The notes: generated by a model not told the origin, from the sequence alone. DNA of 62,046 nucleotides from Gnetum montanum (GCA_015680685.1 MNCI01003167.1:2498-64543), one strand, 5' to 3'; shown: positions 26,846 through 40,933, numbered from the stretch's first letter. Made by a program: numbers and translations.

Positions 26846-27370
26846 CTAGTTTAAGGTTCTAGTAGACCATCTGATGTGCTAGTTTAAGGTCTTAGCAAAC
26901 CATGGTGTGCTAGTTTAAGATCACAAACCACAGTGCTAGTTTAATGTCGTAGAAAATGGTGGATTAGCCAGTTTAACATCGTAGTGGATGGTGGTTCTAC
27001 TAGTTTAATATCATAGTATATGGTGGATAGGCTAGTTTGAAGTTGTATTAGACCATCTATGCTAGTTTAACATCGTAGCAGATGTGCTTTGCCAGTTTTA
27101 CATCATAGCAAATGGTCTGTGATAGTTTTACATCGTAGCAGATGATCTATGCCAGTTTATAGTCATAGCAGATTGTCTGTGCTAGTTTATAGTTGTAGTG
27201 GACTGTCTGTTCCAGTTTATAGTCATAGAAGACTATTTGTGCTAGTTTATAGTCGTGCTAGACTATCTTTGCCAGTTTTACGTCATAGTAGACGTGTGCT
27301 CACCTTTGCCAATTTTATGTCGTAGTAGACGTTGGTGAAGATTTACCAGTTTTATGCCATAGCAAACGTC
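26846..27370. repeat. ~30-bp tandem array directly 3' of B pol
   Basis: GCYAGTTT-type cores recur at 27061, 27091, 27121, 27151, 27181, 27211, 27241, 27271, with less regular units on both flanks. Confidence 0.9.
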
Positions 27371-27389
27371 CACTTATCTTCTTCATGCA

Positions 27390-30300
27390 TCAGATGTTGT
27401 ACGACTTGAGATATGAGTGATTCACCAGATTTTCAAACTTGTTGCTATCCATGTCTACCAGCTTGAAGGCCCCGTTTCCAAAGGCTTTTATGACCATGTA
27501 TGGACCTTCCAGGTTTACTGAGAATTTGTTCATATGCTCACAGATAGCCTTGAGAATGAGGTCTCCCTTTTGTATTGTCCATTGATGAAAATTTTCATGA
27601 TGTTTCTATCACTGCTTGTTTTCATAATGCTCTATGCAACCTAGTGTCTGTGCATGCTCCTCCTCTATTGAGTCAAGGTCGATGATCCTTGACTCGTTGT
27701 TCTAAGCTTCGCTCACAACATTCGATAGGATCATCCAGAGTGATGGCACCTACAACTCAAGAGGTAACACCGCTTCAGATCCATAAACAATACTATAAGG
27801 TGTCTTACCTGTTGTAGTCCTGGATGTCATCCTGTAAACCCATAGTACATAGAGGATTTGCTCATGCAATCGCCTCTGTCTATTGTGAAGAATTTTCTTC
27901 AACAAGTTGATGATGGACTTATTTGTAGCCTCTGCTTGTTCATTCACTTGTAGGTAATATGCCAAGGAGAATGATTGTTTGATGCCAAGTTTGCTGGAAA
28001 AGGTTCGAGTTTCTGCATTACTAAACTATGGTCCATTGTTGGTCACAATAGTCATGGGGAGCCCAAACCTTGTCATGTTGTTTTCCAAGATGAAGTGAAA
28101 AATCTGTTGAGATATAGTCTCCCTCAGGGGGATAGCCTCTACACACTTAGTAAAATACTCAGTGGCAGTGATGATGAGGTTATGCCCTATAGAAGACTTA
28201 CGCGTGATAGGTCCTATGATGTCTAGTCCCCATAGATTGAAAGGCCACGTGATCTATGTCAGATGTAATTCTGTAGGTGAAACATGTATGATATTTGCAT
28301 ATCTTTGGCACGTATCGCAAGTCTTGAATTTGGCTAGACAATCACGCTCCATGTGAGGCCAATAGTACCCTAAGCGTATGATTTTTGCAACCACGGCTCT
28401 ACATGCTATTTTTCCACCACATAGTCCCTCGTGTACTTCATTAATCACCTTCTGCGCTTGCTCCTCATTTACGCATGCTAGCAATATCTCATCATAGGAG
28501 CATTTACATAGGGCATTGCCTCCCATAATCACATATTTTTGAGCACGCTTATGGATTGTATCTTTCTGGGCAGATGTCAATCCGCTTGGGGATTCGCCAT
28601 GTTGCAGGTAGGTTTTAATATTGGTGTACCACTCCTGGGTGTCCGTAGCACTAACAGATGGTACGTGTACCACCTAAGTGATAGGCTTTGTACACTCAGT
28701 AATCAAAGCTGGAAATTTTTTGAATAGATGTGATGACATGTTTAATGCTAGGGTGACCAAGGAATCTGCTACGGTGTTTTCATTGCACGACACATGTTGT
28801 ACGTCCTTTGTTACAAACTATTTCAGTAGGCTTTTCGCTAAGTCTCAATAGGGCTATAGGTGTATAGCATTTCAGGTGTAGACCTTGGTGATTTTATTCA
28901 CAACTAGTTGTGAATCTCCGTGAATCACCAAGTGTTGTATGCTTAATGCTTGGGATGCTAAGAGGCCCCTGAGCAACCATTCGTACTCTACCACATTGTT
29001 TATACAAGGAAACAAAAAATGATAAGTAAAAGGTTACATTTACCTAGAGGGGAATGTAATGACAGCAGTTACACTATCCTCTCATGTGGTTGAGGTGCCG
29101 TCGAAATGCAAATTAGCTTCAAGATGTGACTGGATGACATTGATAGTGCTAACATGCTAATATGGGAATTCAAGATCTATGATCGCCTCGTCATTGATGG
29201 GTGAAGTCGTAAGTTACGTTGCTATAGCATAACCTTTCATCAATGATTGACTCACATAATGCAAATCAAATTTTGTTGTTATTGCTTTCCACTGGGCTAT
29301 CCTACCACTTTCATATAGGTTTTTTGTGATAGCCCAGAGTATATTACTCTTGCAAATAATGTTAATCTTGCTATGAAATAGGTAGTGTCTCCACTTCTTC
29401 AATGCAAACACTAAGACAAGATAATTTCTCTTCACCTCATTGTATTTCACCTCATACACTATTAGTGCATGACTTAGGTAGTACACTAGTATCTCAAAAC
29501 CATCATTCTATTTCTGACATAACAGTGCTGCGATAGATATGTCTAAGGTGGCAAGGTTGATGAAGAAAGGCTTATCCCTCTATGGTGGGTAGAAAGTTGG
29601 GAGATGGAAAAGCTCTTTCTTTAGATCATCAAAATCTTCTTGGCATTGTGTTTTCTATTCAAAGTTAATCCCTTTCTTTAGTAGATGTTGCATGGGGTGT
29701 AACTTGTCAATCAACTTTGCTATAAACCTTTTGATGAACTATACTCTAGCTTGTAACCTGCACAATTCCTTAAGATTTGTAGCTGGTGCCAGGTTAACAA
29801 TGGCCATGACTTTGTCAAGGTCCACTCATATTCTAGCCTCCAATACTACAAACCCTAACATGCATCTGGTTCTTACCCTAAAGACACACTTTTTTAGATT
29901 AAGGTGTAAATTGTGCATCTTGCAATGCTTGAGGACTACACCTAGATCATTGGGATGATCAGTGGCTTCTTTAGATTTCACCACTATGTCATCCACATAA
30001 TTGTTGAGCATTTCTAAGATGTAGTCGCTAAAGATGTAAGTCATGACTTGCTGGTAGGTTGCTCCAACATTCTTGAGCCCAAAAGGCATCATAGTGTAGC
30101 AAAAGGTAGCCCATGGGGTCATGAAGGCTGTTGTTAACTGATGCTCTAGGTTGATGCAAATTTGGTTATAGCTGGAGAAACCATCCATAAAGGATAATAG
30201 AGCATAACCAGCCGTAGTTTCAATGAGTTGATTGATACTCAGAAGTGGAAAATTTTCTTTGATCATTGCCTTGTTCAAATCCCAGAAGTCTATACAGATT

Positions 30301-30871
30301 TGTATTCCTCCCATTTTCTTAGAAACTAAAATGATGTTAGATATCCATTGTGAGTAATCAACTACCTAGATGAAACCAGCTTGATATAGCTTGGTGATTT
30401 CATCCCATACGACCAGTGCGATCTCTAGTTTAACCTTGTGAGCCTTTTGCTTAAATGCTTTCATGCATGAGTCTAAGATGATATTGTGCTATATCAGGCT
30501 TGAATATAAACCTAGAATGTCACTGTATGACCATGCAAAGACTTCAATTTTATCTTGCAGAATTTTGGCTACATCTTTGTGCATCTGTGAATCTAGGAGG
30601 GTACTAAGTTTCAACATTTTTATCTCTCCCCTAAATGTGGTCATAGGAATTTCGATGAGAGGGTCCTTAGGTACATCCCCAACCTCTAAACCTAGTGCTT
30701 GGACCAGATGCTCAGGCCAATTTGAGGATGCTTCTAAGGATGCTACGGTGCTAACTATGGGTGATTCCTAGTCTATTAGCTCTGGTTTCAGTTGTCTTGC
30801 AAGTTCACTGTGTCGACCTATTAAAGCTAAAGGTGAAGAGAGATCATGATGGATTTTCATTCTTACTCAAC
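27390..30871 (-). pseudogene. pol: Element B RT-RH-aRH-IN, degenerate
   Basis: CIDFWDLNKA, FMDGFSSYNQI, MPFGLKN, NYVDDIVVKS; YYLSHAL...KKWRHYL; aRH FDGTS/NNVVEYE; HEGLCGG...GYYWP...CDTCQ; TPYSIVYGSEAVLPLE. Confidence 0.95.
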
Positions 30872-33141
30872 CTGTAAAAATGAGATGAAAGTCTATTCAA
30901 GAGATACCTATTTGTACTAGCTGTGCATAGTGAAAATTTGCAAAGTAGAAATGAAATGTGAGCAATAGAAATAAGTAGAAAGTATGATAGAAAGCTTAAT
31001 ATTTTCCATTTTAAGGTCGTGGTAGATAGCCTGGATGTAAAAATGCCAAACTACTAGTAGAAAATGAAAAAAAAACTACTAGTTTAATGTCTTTGTGAAC
31101 TTCCAAAAGGTTGGAGATTTAGATTAAGGTCATTGTGGACCACCAGAATGTGAAATTTTGAAGGTGCTAGATTAAGGTCTTTGCGGACTACTAACGAGAT
31201 ACTTTTGTGAAGGTAAACAACTAGTTTGAAGTGTTTCAAGGCTTTTTTCTCGAGCCAACCTACCTTAATGCGAACAGTGCTGCTACACCGTGGCGGGCAT
31301 GCTACGCTGTACAGAACACCCCACATTAATCAGGGAGAGAGAATGATAAGTTTCCTTTTCACCATTGTGGTTATAAATAGGGGTTAACCCTTGGTAATCT
31401 TGTCATTTTTTTTGTAATAGGGCAGAGCCCACATTCGGATTGTAGAGTGATTCTGCCAATAGGAAGCAAGGTGATTCGATGTAGAAACAAAGAAAGAGTT
31501 AGCAAATGAGACGATGGATCCTAGGAAAGAACACAAACACTTAGAACTCACCAAGGTCGATGAAGTGAAACAAACCCTAGGACATGTGTCATAGGCACAT
31601 GTTGTGATGTGAGAGGAGACACCATTGGCCCATTAGGCTGCTATGCTTCCTCTATTTTCTTATACCTCTATAATTGTTTTTGCTTTCCTTGTTTTTGTTT
31701 CTGCAATGTTTGTTCTGCAATCTCTATTTCCTGTCATCATGTTGTCATTATTTTGCCCCTTACATCATCACTATTGCTTTTTCGGCCATGATGGATGAAC
31801 GAACACTACGCTAAGGTTGCATGTAATGTTGCCTAGACCACCATCGTTGCGGTTGTCATTTCCGCAAAGGCTTGGACGATTTGAGCCACTTGGCATGCAA
31901 ATAATGTAGCATACGACCCTCAGGAGGGTTTGGCCATGTGCATGATGTCATAGCATAACACGTATTCTATCATGGCGTGATGCTAATTGCTTTGTCAGAT
32001 AGATTTGTTGAACGGATACAGTGTATTAAATTCTTCTTTGTTTAAATATTTATCTTTAGTTTTGTTGTTGCTATGCTAAGATAATTCTGCTATGCTATCG
32101 CCTTCATATTTTTTGCTATGCTATACGCATGAAGAGAATTGTTCTATGCTATCTACTAAATGATAACTTTGTGACGGTATATTTGAACTCCACTCGAACA
32201 TGCTGTTAACATTTTCTATTGTGTTATGGAGGGTAGCACTAAGGACAATCTTGATTATTCTAGAAATCATAGGGGTCTTATGCTATGTAAGCGAAGTAGT
32301 GGCCAATCTCCCTCCACCCCATGCATATGTGGGGTAGCAGGTAGTCTGGTTCCAAGAATTAGTGCAGGACGTTCTGCAATTTCTCCTCCAATGCTACAAT
32401 GTGATTGTTTGAGCACACTTGGTAGAGGAGGTAGCGTCTGTCATAACAAAAACCCTGTTGCCTAGGGAAAATTGGGGTATTCTAAGATTTTTGAAAAATG
32501 GAGCAATTAGAAGTGGGCAAGGAGAAGGATCCAATCAGTGCCCAAGGAATTTGAGGCATTTGGCTTGGATCTAGGAGATGCCTGAGTATAATTACTACAC
32601 TTTGTTTATTGCATGTCACATGGGAACATGCTTCCATAGCCCACCAAGAACCATTTACTGTGTCGATGGGTGAGTTTTGTAGACATGTTCCACTACGTTG
32701 TGCAATGTTTTCTACACTAGGCAAATGTTAATAATGTGTTTTTGTTACTAGGTTTTTCATCAATGAGAATGGGCTTCATGGCAATACAGATGTATTAGCC
32801 TTAGCATAGATGGCACTGCGGGAGTTTTCTTCTGCTAAGAATATGCACGCAGGTGTGATAGGCCAATGAGGAGGTGAGTACAAAACTTACCCAACCTGGT
32901 ATTCCAAGCTCTACGATAGATGTAAGGAGTCTAGTTGGTTGGATGGGGGATGGGTACCATTTAAACTGATCATCGTTGAAAATTTCTTGGTTTCTCTTCC
33001 ACCATTTCCGTCACTGTTTAGTCCTGGTAAGTTGAATAGTAAATTACTACATATTCAAATGTTGTTTCTATTTTTTTTTGTTTCTTATGCCTTGTCTAAC
33101 TTGTTTTTTTCTTTTTTATGTTTTCATGCAAACTTCTATAG

Positions 33142-36100
33142 CAGTGAAGAAGTCCCAGGAGGTGACGGTGATCACCTTTGGTCATCAGGAGGCCAACATC
33201 TACTTCAAGTATGGGGAGGTAGATGAGAGCCAATGCTAGTTATGCAACATGACCTTAGAATCCCTAATCAAGAACCTTCAGGATGCTGGGCTCATGGATT
33301 TGTTCCTGGCCATGAACTTGAGCATCCCTTCCACTGAGATGCTCGCCCTAATTGACTCCTTTTTTAAGAAGGCAGATCACTTCTGCACACGTGTACATGA
33401 TGTGCAAGTGATCCTTGAAAACAATGACGAGCTATTCATGGACCTTTTCGGTGTCCCTGTTGATGGTCTCCCTGTAGGGTCAAAGACCAAGAAAGAGGTG
33501 AACCATCAAAGGGACATTGAGGAGTGGCTAGGGGTTGCAAAAGGGCGAAAGGTGATCCTCATGGATAAGGTTAAGCTGAAAGCTACCAAAGATGCTTACC
33601 TCGTCTTCTGTGCCCATGCATTTCGCAAGCTACTTTCCCAAGGGAAGATTATTGGGATTTAGTAAGCTTGGGTGATGTGGGAGTTCATGGAAGAGGGGGC
33701 TCACTACAACTGGGCTAGGCACCTCTGCAAAGGCTTGTAAGCTAAAATGGTCATGCTTCATAAGAAGCATGAGTCTCATTTCAACATGCACAACGCCTTT
33801 TATATAGCCTTCTTACAGTGTTTCGTGGAGTTCTTGGTAGTCCGTGGGAATGGACTCTATCTTATGCGAGATTGTAACCAGATTTCCAAACCGTGGATTT
33901 GCCAAATCCTCTAGACCACCCAAGCCCAAGATCCCCCAAAAGCTATTTGGGAGTCATTTTCCATGAAAACTAAGGATCAGGTAGCCCACAACTTCTGTGG
34001 CCAAGAAAGTGTGGGAGAGGCACCCCCTACTACTATAGGTAGCTATCGTAGGGGAAACGTCTCATTGTCGAGATGGTGGCCACTATGTTGTGGCAAAAGA
34101 GGTCTCATCTAGCCAAGGAGCCACCCCATATGGATGAGGAAGGAGGGCCATCACTACAATTTAAGCTATGCAAGATATAACCTCCCATCAGTAAATGCTC
34201 TTCTCTATGTTTTTTTCTTCCCCTTTTGATTAAATGCTTGCTACTCTATGCTATGCTAGGTAGCGTAGCATAACGTAGCACCTATTTCAACCTAACGTGG
34301 TTTAAGCTATAATGTGAATATGTTTTTGCTACTAGTGGAAGAAGAATAAGAAGAAGAAGAAGAAGGTGATGAAGAGGTGTCAGCCCCTAAGATGGGGATC
34401 GCAAATAAAAATTCATGGGGCCTAGTCATAGAGGAAAGGGCCCTGGTCAACAGGGAAGGAGCTCTTGCCATTAAGGAAGAGGCTCCTGTAAATGGGGAAA
34501 ACCCTCCTACTAAAGAAGAGGAAATTTTTGGAGATGAAGAGGACCCTCCTATGGAAGAGAAGGATGCTGGTGCCTTAAAAGGAAAGGCCCCAGCAAATAA
34601 AGAGGAAGCCCGCATCAACCGGGAAGGGACTTCTATTGGAGATCCCTTTGGTGAATGTAGTTCAGCATCGGGGGAGCAAACAAATGCTAAGGTTGCTATC
34701 ATAGTTTTGAGCTAGAGAGGAGGGGAATTGCAATTAGATGATAGTGAATTTGACAATATATTTGACAATATGTCGATGGGATATCCCCTAGTTATCACCC
34801 TTGAGGTTTTACTAGGTGGGAGCCCTTACACTGTCATTTGTCTTACTCACAACCTTATTGCAGTCCATCTCAGTCATTACTGATGCATTTGGTTGCATGA
34901 TAGACACAACTATCAATGCTACAAGACCTCCCCTAATTCACCTAGAACCATGGGTTGAGACCCCTGACAAGCTTACGTTCATGCTGGGGGTCGTCGACAA
35001 CATGATCGGCTATCTTAGACAGGTCGATCCTGAAGTGGGTAAGTAAAAACACTATGCTAGGCTATTTGAGGTTGCTACGCTAGACTTCTTGAGTTGCTAA
35101 ATTTGCTATGATAATGTAACTAATGTGCTCTTTATGTGGTTATAACCTCTTGACTCAAGTGGGACCCAAAACAAGCATTGAAAGTTGACAACGTGCCTAC
35201 ATTCCTGCCTGGAGTGGCCAAGGTACCTCATCACATATACAACGAGGCTAGCAAATGCTCTTTACACTTGGAATGCTGCTTTTGGGAGTGTAGGGACATC
35301 AATGAAGACCTCTAGCAATGGGTCCAGAGGAATGAGAAAGAGAAGGTTGAACTAAGCACCGAGGTGGGAGATCTCTGATCCAAGAATGAGTTCCTTCTGG
35401 CTTGTGATACCAATGATGGAAATTGGCACACAGCTATCATAGATTATGCTAGATATTTCAAAATCTTGTGGTACAACAACGAGGCTACTAGGGAGATAAA
35501 AGAATAGTGGATGTAGATGAACTTGTTGGCTCAGAAGAACTATGATTGGAAAAACTATAGTGCTAGAGTTTACGAGTGGGGATAGTCCTAGAAGAACCAT
35601 AAACATATGTATAAATTGGAATGTGCCACCTACTACAAACAATACCAGGATTCTTTAGTAAAGGTGTTTACCCATGAAGCATTACTGAATTCCATTGGTG
35701 CTTCTAAAGCTTACAACAATTTCATGGAGCAGGTGATGGTCATTGAATCTCCTAAACAAGAAGTGGATCTTCCAATAGGTGTGACCGCTATCGCCTCTTT
35801 CTCTCCGAGATGGACAAGATGGATGACCATTGAAAAGGAGAAAGCTGCTATAAATGTTGAACCAAGTGATAGGTACTAGGTAGATATCACAGAGGAGGAG
35901 GTCTGGCATCACCTCGGGATCGGTTTGGATCGCATACCACTCGAGCCAGATGCGGGGCCATCTTGAGTTAGTCACTTTATACTATGCAAAGGCTTATGCT
36001 CTATTCTAGCTTTCATGTGTTGCTCTAGCTGATTACTTCACTTTTTGCAATGCAGATTCATGATGAAGGCATAGGGCCCATAGAGGGAAAAAATGAAGAG

Positions 36101-36196
36101 GCAGAAGAGGGAAATGCAGAGGAAGGTGATGTAGAAGGAAACAATGTGGAAGGAAATGGTACAGGTGAAGATGATGTAGGCAAATATGGCTTATGA
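33142..36196 (+). pseudogene. Antisense multi-exon accessory gene within B's PR-RT spacer: plant retroelement extra-ORF-like domain, then acidic/low-complexity regions
   Basis: ORF pieces 33249-33662 (continuing to HYNWARHL), 34377-34715, 34816-35046, 35607-35879 and an acidic last exon. Short intron-like spacers at 33027-33141/44, 34191-34335, 35039-~35140 and 35967-36055. Confidence 0.6.
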
Positions 36197-36365
36197 CATC
36201 ATGGGTTTTTGATTTTTTGTATTTATTTTTGTTTGCAAAATTGTTGCAAACATTATTTGATGGAAAGGTGGTTTGAATGAAAAGGAGAATTTTGGAAAAG
36301 AAATTAGTTTTATGGTAGCTTATGCGTTATCTATGTGATCGATTTTATGTTTTTGTCTTTACTAT

Positions 36366-36500
36366 TTTAGTTTTAGGCCATTTCAAGCCATCGCTAGTTT
36401 TAGGACATTACAGGCCCCTGCTAGTTTTAGGCCATTTAGGGTTGTTTCTAGTTTTATGCCATTTTGGGCCATCGCTAGTTTTAGGCCATTTTGGGCTATC
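36366..36500. repeat. 27-bp tandem array (5 units, CTAGTTTTAGGCCATT core)
   Basis: TAGTTTT at 36368, 36395, 36422, 36449, 36476. Confidence 0.9.
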
Positions 36501-36613
36501 GGACATGATGTAAACAGAAGAAATATTGCCAATTTTACGCCTTAGTGGGCCATGGAGAAGTTTAACATAAATAGAAGATATGTTAATGGTTTAAAGGAAG
36601 TAAGTTTGTGTAC

Positions 36614-39600
36614 CTAGCATATATGGATAGATGTGAGGTGAATAAGCGATAACTGTACAATGGGTGTTGATAGGGCAAGAGGAAATAGGGCTACTATGCT
36701 ATGCGTAACTGCTTCCTAATCCATCGTGGATTGGGCAAGGTGTAAGATCGACATGCTTTGCTACAGCCTTTGTCTACATCATTGTACTCTTCTTGGAAGG
36801 ACAACTCAACCCACATATTTTTGTTTTTTGAACCAGCATGTTGAGCCAACTCTCTTGCTAAATGGTTAGTATCTACAAAGATGGGTGCTTCATTCTTAGA
36901 GGTTATGACCTCTGAGCCTTGTTCCATATCTATGTTGTTGATAGCTTGTGTTGCTACCTCATTGCCATGGATTACCACCTCCCTACCTACATAAGGTAGA
37001 TGGATCCCATGATGAATGGACGAAGAGATAGCCCTAATTTGCACTAACCATGACCTCCCCAAGATCAGGTTAAACCTTGGCATCTCTTTGACCACGATGA
37101 ATGCTACGTTTATGGGGAACTAGTCCCCTACCACGATGTCAATGTGGACCATGCCTTTCAGCATGACCCATGCCCCATTGAATGACTTTAAGCATGACGT
37201 TATTGTGGGTCTAATTTGGTCGACCAAACCTAGCTTATCCACAATAGGGAAAGGGATGATGTTTGTAGTGGCCCCATCCTCAACATGTACCCTTCGGATC
37301 TTATGTTGGCCAACCCGAATTATGATGAATAGTGGTGTTGTAGTCACCTGACCCTTTTTAGGGTCTTCCCTAATGGAATCATCATAGAAAGTCAATTGGC
37401 ATGGTTGGGGTTCTACAAGCATAGAAGGAAGCATGACTGAGTAGATCACTTTCTCTTCCATTGGCATGTGCTCGTCAACCGGAATTACCATTAACATGCG
37501 GACCAAAGCCTCATGATGTACGGAAAATGTCATGATCATGTCATACAGGCTCAATGTAGTATTTTTCTAATTCAGAGCTTGCTTGACCTAAGTGAGAGTG
37601 CTCAAAAGGTCTTGGCCACCTTCCTTTTTATTGCTTTTCTCCTCTTCCATAAGTCCTAGGAGATGAATTTCCCGAGGAAAGATAGTTTTAGGTCTGGGTT
37701 CAAATCCTTTTGGGCAAGGTGGCAAAGACTATGCATGCGTAGAAATGTTATCTTTTAGCAATGAGGATGTAGATGCAAGGGGCAAGGACATAGGCTTGGA
37801 AGTACCTAGAGCAGTACTTTCCCTTGACGTCTCACCCGTGAAGCTCACTTCTCATTTCATAGGATGAGAAGGTTGTGAAGCTATCTTATGTGGGGTAGGG
37901 ATTGTTAAATGGATTGGCCCCCTAATAATGAATGGTGCTAATGGTGTTAGTATATGCAGTGGTGTGGTTTTTCTTACAGGTGGTGTAGGCGCAAATGCCC
38001 AGGGAATAGGTGGTGTAGGGATGGATGACTAGGGAGAGACTCTCAAGAAAAATGGTTGTTGCAGGGTTAGATTAGCCGCTAGTGGTACTAGTGCACTATG
38101 CTGAGTCACATGGACCACAAATGGCTGCTAGGGTGGTCTAGGATTACTATCAACATTGATGGTGTTGATAATGTAAAAGGCATTGTTGGTGTTAAGAGGA
38201 TCTATGTAAACGTGAAAGGATTGATTCTCGGGACTTACTGGGTTGCTTTCATCTAGCATCAGTTTCCCATGATCAATCATTCTTTGGATATCATCTTTTA
38301 ATGCCATGCAGTAATCTGTGTCGTGACCAGACTATTGATGGTAGTCACAAAATCGCTCCAACCTAAAACCCTTAGGAACTGGGGGCTCATTGGACAAAGC
38401 CAAAGAGGGGTTCCTAAGGAGTTCATAGTACCGCTGATGTTTCTTGGCTCCCTCCTCCAACATCTTCATGTGTTGGATGTACCCTGCTGCTAGTAATTGC
38501 TTCAGAAGATATGAAGGCTTGATAGGCAACGAGGTATACTTTGAGCGATATTTATGCTCAAAATTTGGTTTAGGTGGTACAGATGCTTTAGGTGTGGATA
38601 TGGAAGGTTGAGGTGCATTGCCCTATTTGGGCATAGGGTTAGTTGTAGGTGTGGCCAGTTTCTTGTTATTCTTGTTACTATTGTTGGGTTTGTCCTAGTT
38701 CGCCACAGTGGCCACTATGGCTGTTGCAGCCTTACCCTTGTCTTTTTCCTTCTTCATGAAGGTATTTTTATATGTAATGTAGGCTGGGACTTACTTGCCT
38801 CAACCACATCCTGTATCCTCTTATTCTAGGCAAAAGCCTGACTAAGAGTGCATGGAGCGAGATTGTATAGCTTGGACTTGATAAAGTCGTTCACCACACC
38901 CTTAAAGATAGCAAGAAAATGGGCCTCCGCGATGGGTTTATGAATCTCATTAAGGGTAGCACTCGAGCATTGTATAAATTTCTAGACTGGTTCCAATGGA
39001 TCTTGTTTCATGCTCATCAACTAATCCAGCGTGACTTCTGGTCTCAAGTTATACTTAAAACACATCACGAACTAGGTCAAGAGCTCCTCTCGAGTTGATA
39101 TGGAGGAGCGTAGAAGGGCACGATACTAGTTTAGGGCTTTTTTGGTCAGATACGTGGCAAAGACACGAATGATTATATGCAGTCATTATTGTAAAAGAAG
39201 GGACTCAGACCTGAACATAACAAGATGTGTGTTGGAATCACCCTCCTCATTGTATTTTGTGAAATGGGTGAGTGGCATCCTAGGGGATAAAGTTAGTGCG
39301 TGGACTGCTGGGTTGATGGGATCATCCTGGTAGAAGTCCATGACTTGTACCGTATCAGAACCGATAGCCTTGAGGCTTTTTATTTCCTTTGTAAGGGTCT
39401 GGATAAGTTGGAATGCTTGATCTAAACTCAAAGATGATGTGGATGATTGGGGAACTACCAGGGCAGCTCCTATCTGTGCTTTGGCAGGGGCAGCGACATG
39501 ACCCATAGGCAGTGTCGTTGGGATTGCCCCTATGAACGGTGATGCTTGCACTATCGACCACTCAGTAGGTGGTGCTATTGGAGCAGTAGTCGAGGGTTGT

Positions 39601-40169
39601 GCTATGGGGTAGGCCATTTTCATGGCCAGTGGGATAGACCCGAGTCCTATGCTAGGTTGTACCATTTGCGGGACTTGGTAGGTTTGTTGTCTAGTGTAAT
39701 GGAACATCTGCGATGATTACAAAATAGGAGGATAAGTGAATGGGGTCCACCATGTGGATGGGCTTGGACCCACCGTTAATGGTGGGGCAGGTGTAAATGC
39801 AGGAATGGACCAAGAGACTGCATGCAACTATGAGGTAGGTACAGTTTAAATGTGGGGCAGGGTAGCTATGATTAGTGCATGATGAGATACAAGAATGGAT
39901 TGGAGAATAGTTGGTAGAGGAGTAGTGGCTGAGAATGAAACAGGGAAGTAGGTGCATTGATAAGCTAAGGGCATGGCATGACTACCTGTTGCCGATGGAA
40001 TTGTGGATTGTGATGGTGCAGACGTGATCCTAAATGGAGTAGTGATAGACAATGGGTTTGTCTAGAAGGATGGGGTAGGAGGGATGGTGGCAGGGTTGCT
40101 TTGACCCCCTCCCCCCTGCATAGGATTAGGAATCCAGTTCTTTCTACTAGTCCTGTAAAGCCTTGTCAT
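36614..40169 (-). pseudogene. gag: Element B gag-protease, degenerate
   Basis: Pro-rich N-terminus; FTKYNEEGDSNTHL (retrotrans gag); FCDYHQ*SGHDTDYC zinc knuckle; IRRVHVEDGATTNIIP and FNLILGRSW (protease). Confidence 0.9.
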
Positions 40170-40933
40170 GATGAGACACTATGTCCTACGGCTCCCTAGA
40201 CGTAGTCACCTAAATCAGATAATCTATAAGCCATTGATGTGTTTGTGTCAAAGGGATGGAAACGCTAGGAGTGGGAATAAATTCCTTCCCGTTACAATAA
40301 GTGAACTCGAAGCTATGTTTGTCTTTGAGTTCTTGCACATATAATGGTAGGTTTTCATACACCTTAGCATAGAGAAAGTTATATCACTTGTGTTATTGGG
40401 TCAAGCCCTTAGGTTCCTGGTTTTGAATCCTGAGGGACCGACATGGCCACAACACTAGGTTGGGCAGTTGTTCGGCACCTGCAATGCCTTGAACAATGAG
40501 GGGAATCTCAATGTTATAGGTGGTATAAAAAATGCTTGGGGAAATCATTGTCATAAAGCTAAAAGGATTTGCAAACAAGGAAAAAAAGGAGATCGAAAGG
40601 TGATCAAAGGCTTTTTGTCTTACAGGATTCCGAAGGAACCATCAGAGTGACCAATCTACACCACACGATGCATAAACAACTACAAAAGTGTGTCACGTTT
40701 ACACTAGTGCATGATAGGATACAGAATGCATGTAAAACTATCATGAAACAAGGGGGTAAAATGGTGATTGGAGGCTTTATGTCCTGCAAGATTCCGAAGG
40801 AATTGTCGATGTGACCAATCTACACCACACGATGCGTAAAAAATCAAAAAAGGATGCCATGTTCATGCTAGTGCGTGTCAGGGTGTAAAAATCTTATAGG
40901 ACTACTATATAACATGAAAATGGCACTAAAAGG

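Larger units (their letters stand above)
30872..36613 (-). other. Putative ~5.7-kb intron between protease and RT of element B
   Basis: Minus-strand donor AG|GTACAC at 36613 just after the protease region; acceptor CTCATTTTTACAG|GTTGAG at 30872 just before RT. A similar acceptor precedes RT in element A. Confidence 0.6.

Noticed and set aside
26846-27370. CRISPR-like regularly spaced repeats
   Set aside because: Whole units are mutually similar with no unique spacers, there are no cas genes, and the context is a eukaryotic retroelement.
40595-40880. ~165-bp duplication in B's 5' UTR
   Set aside because: An ordinary UTR duplication with no further structure seen.
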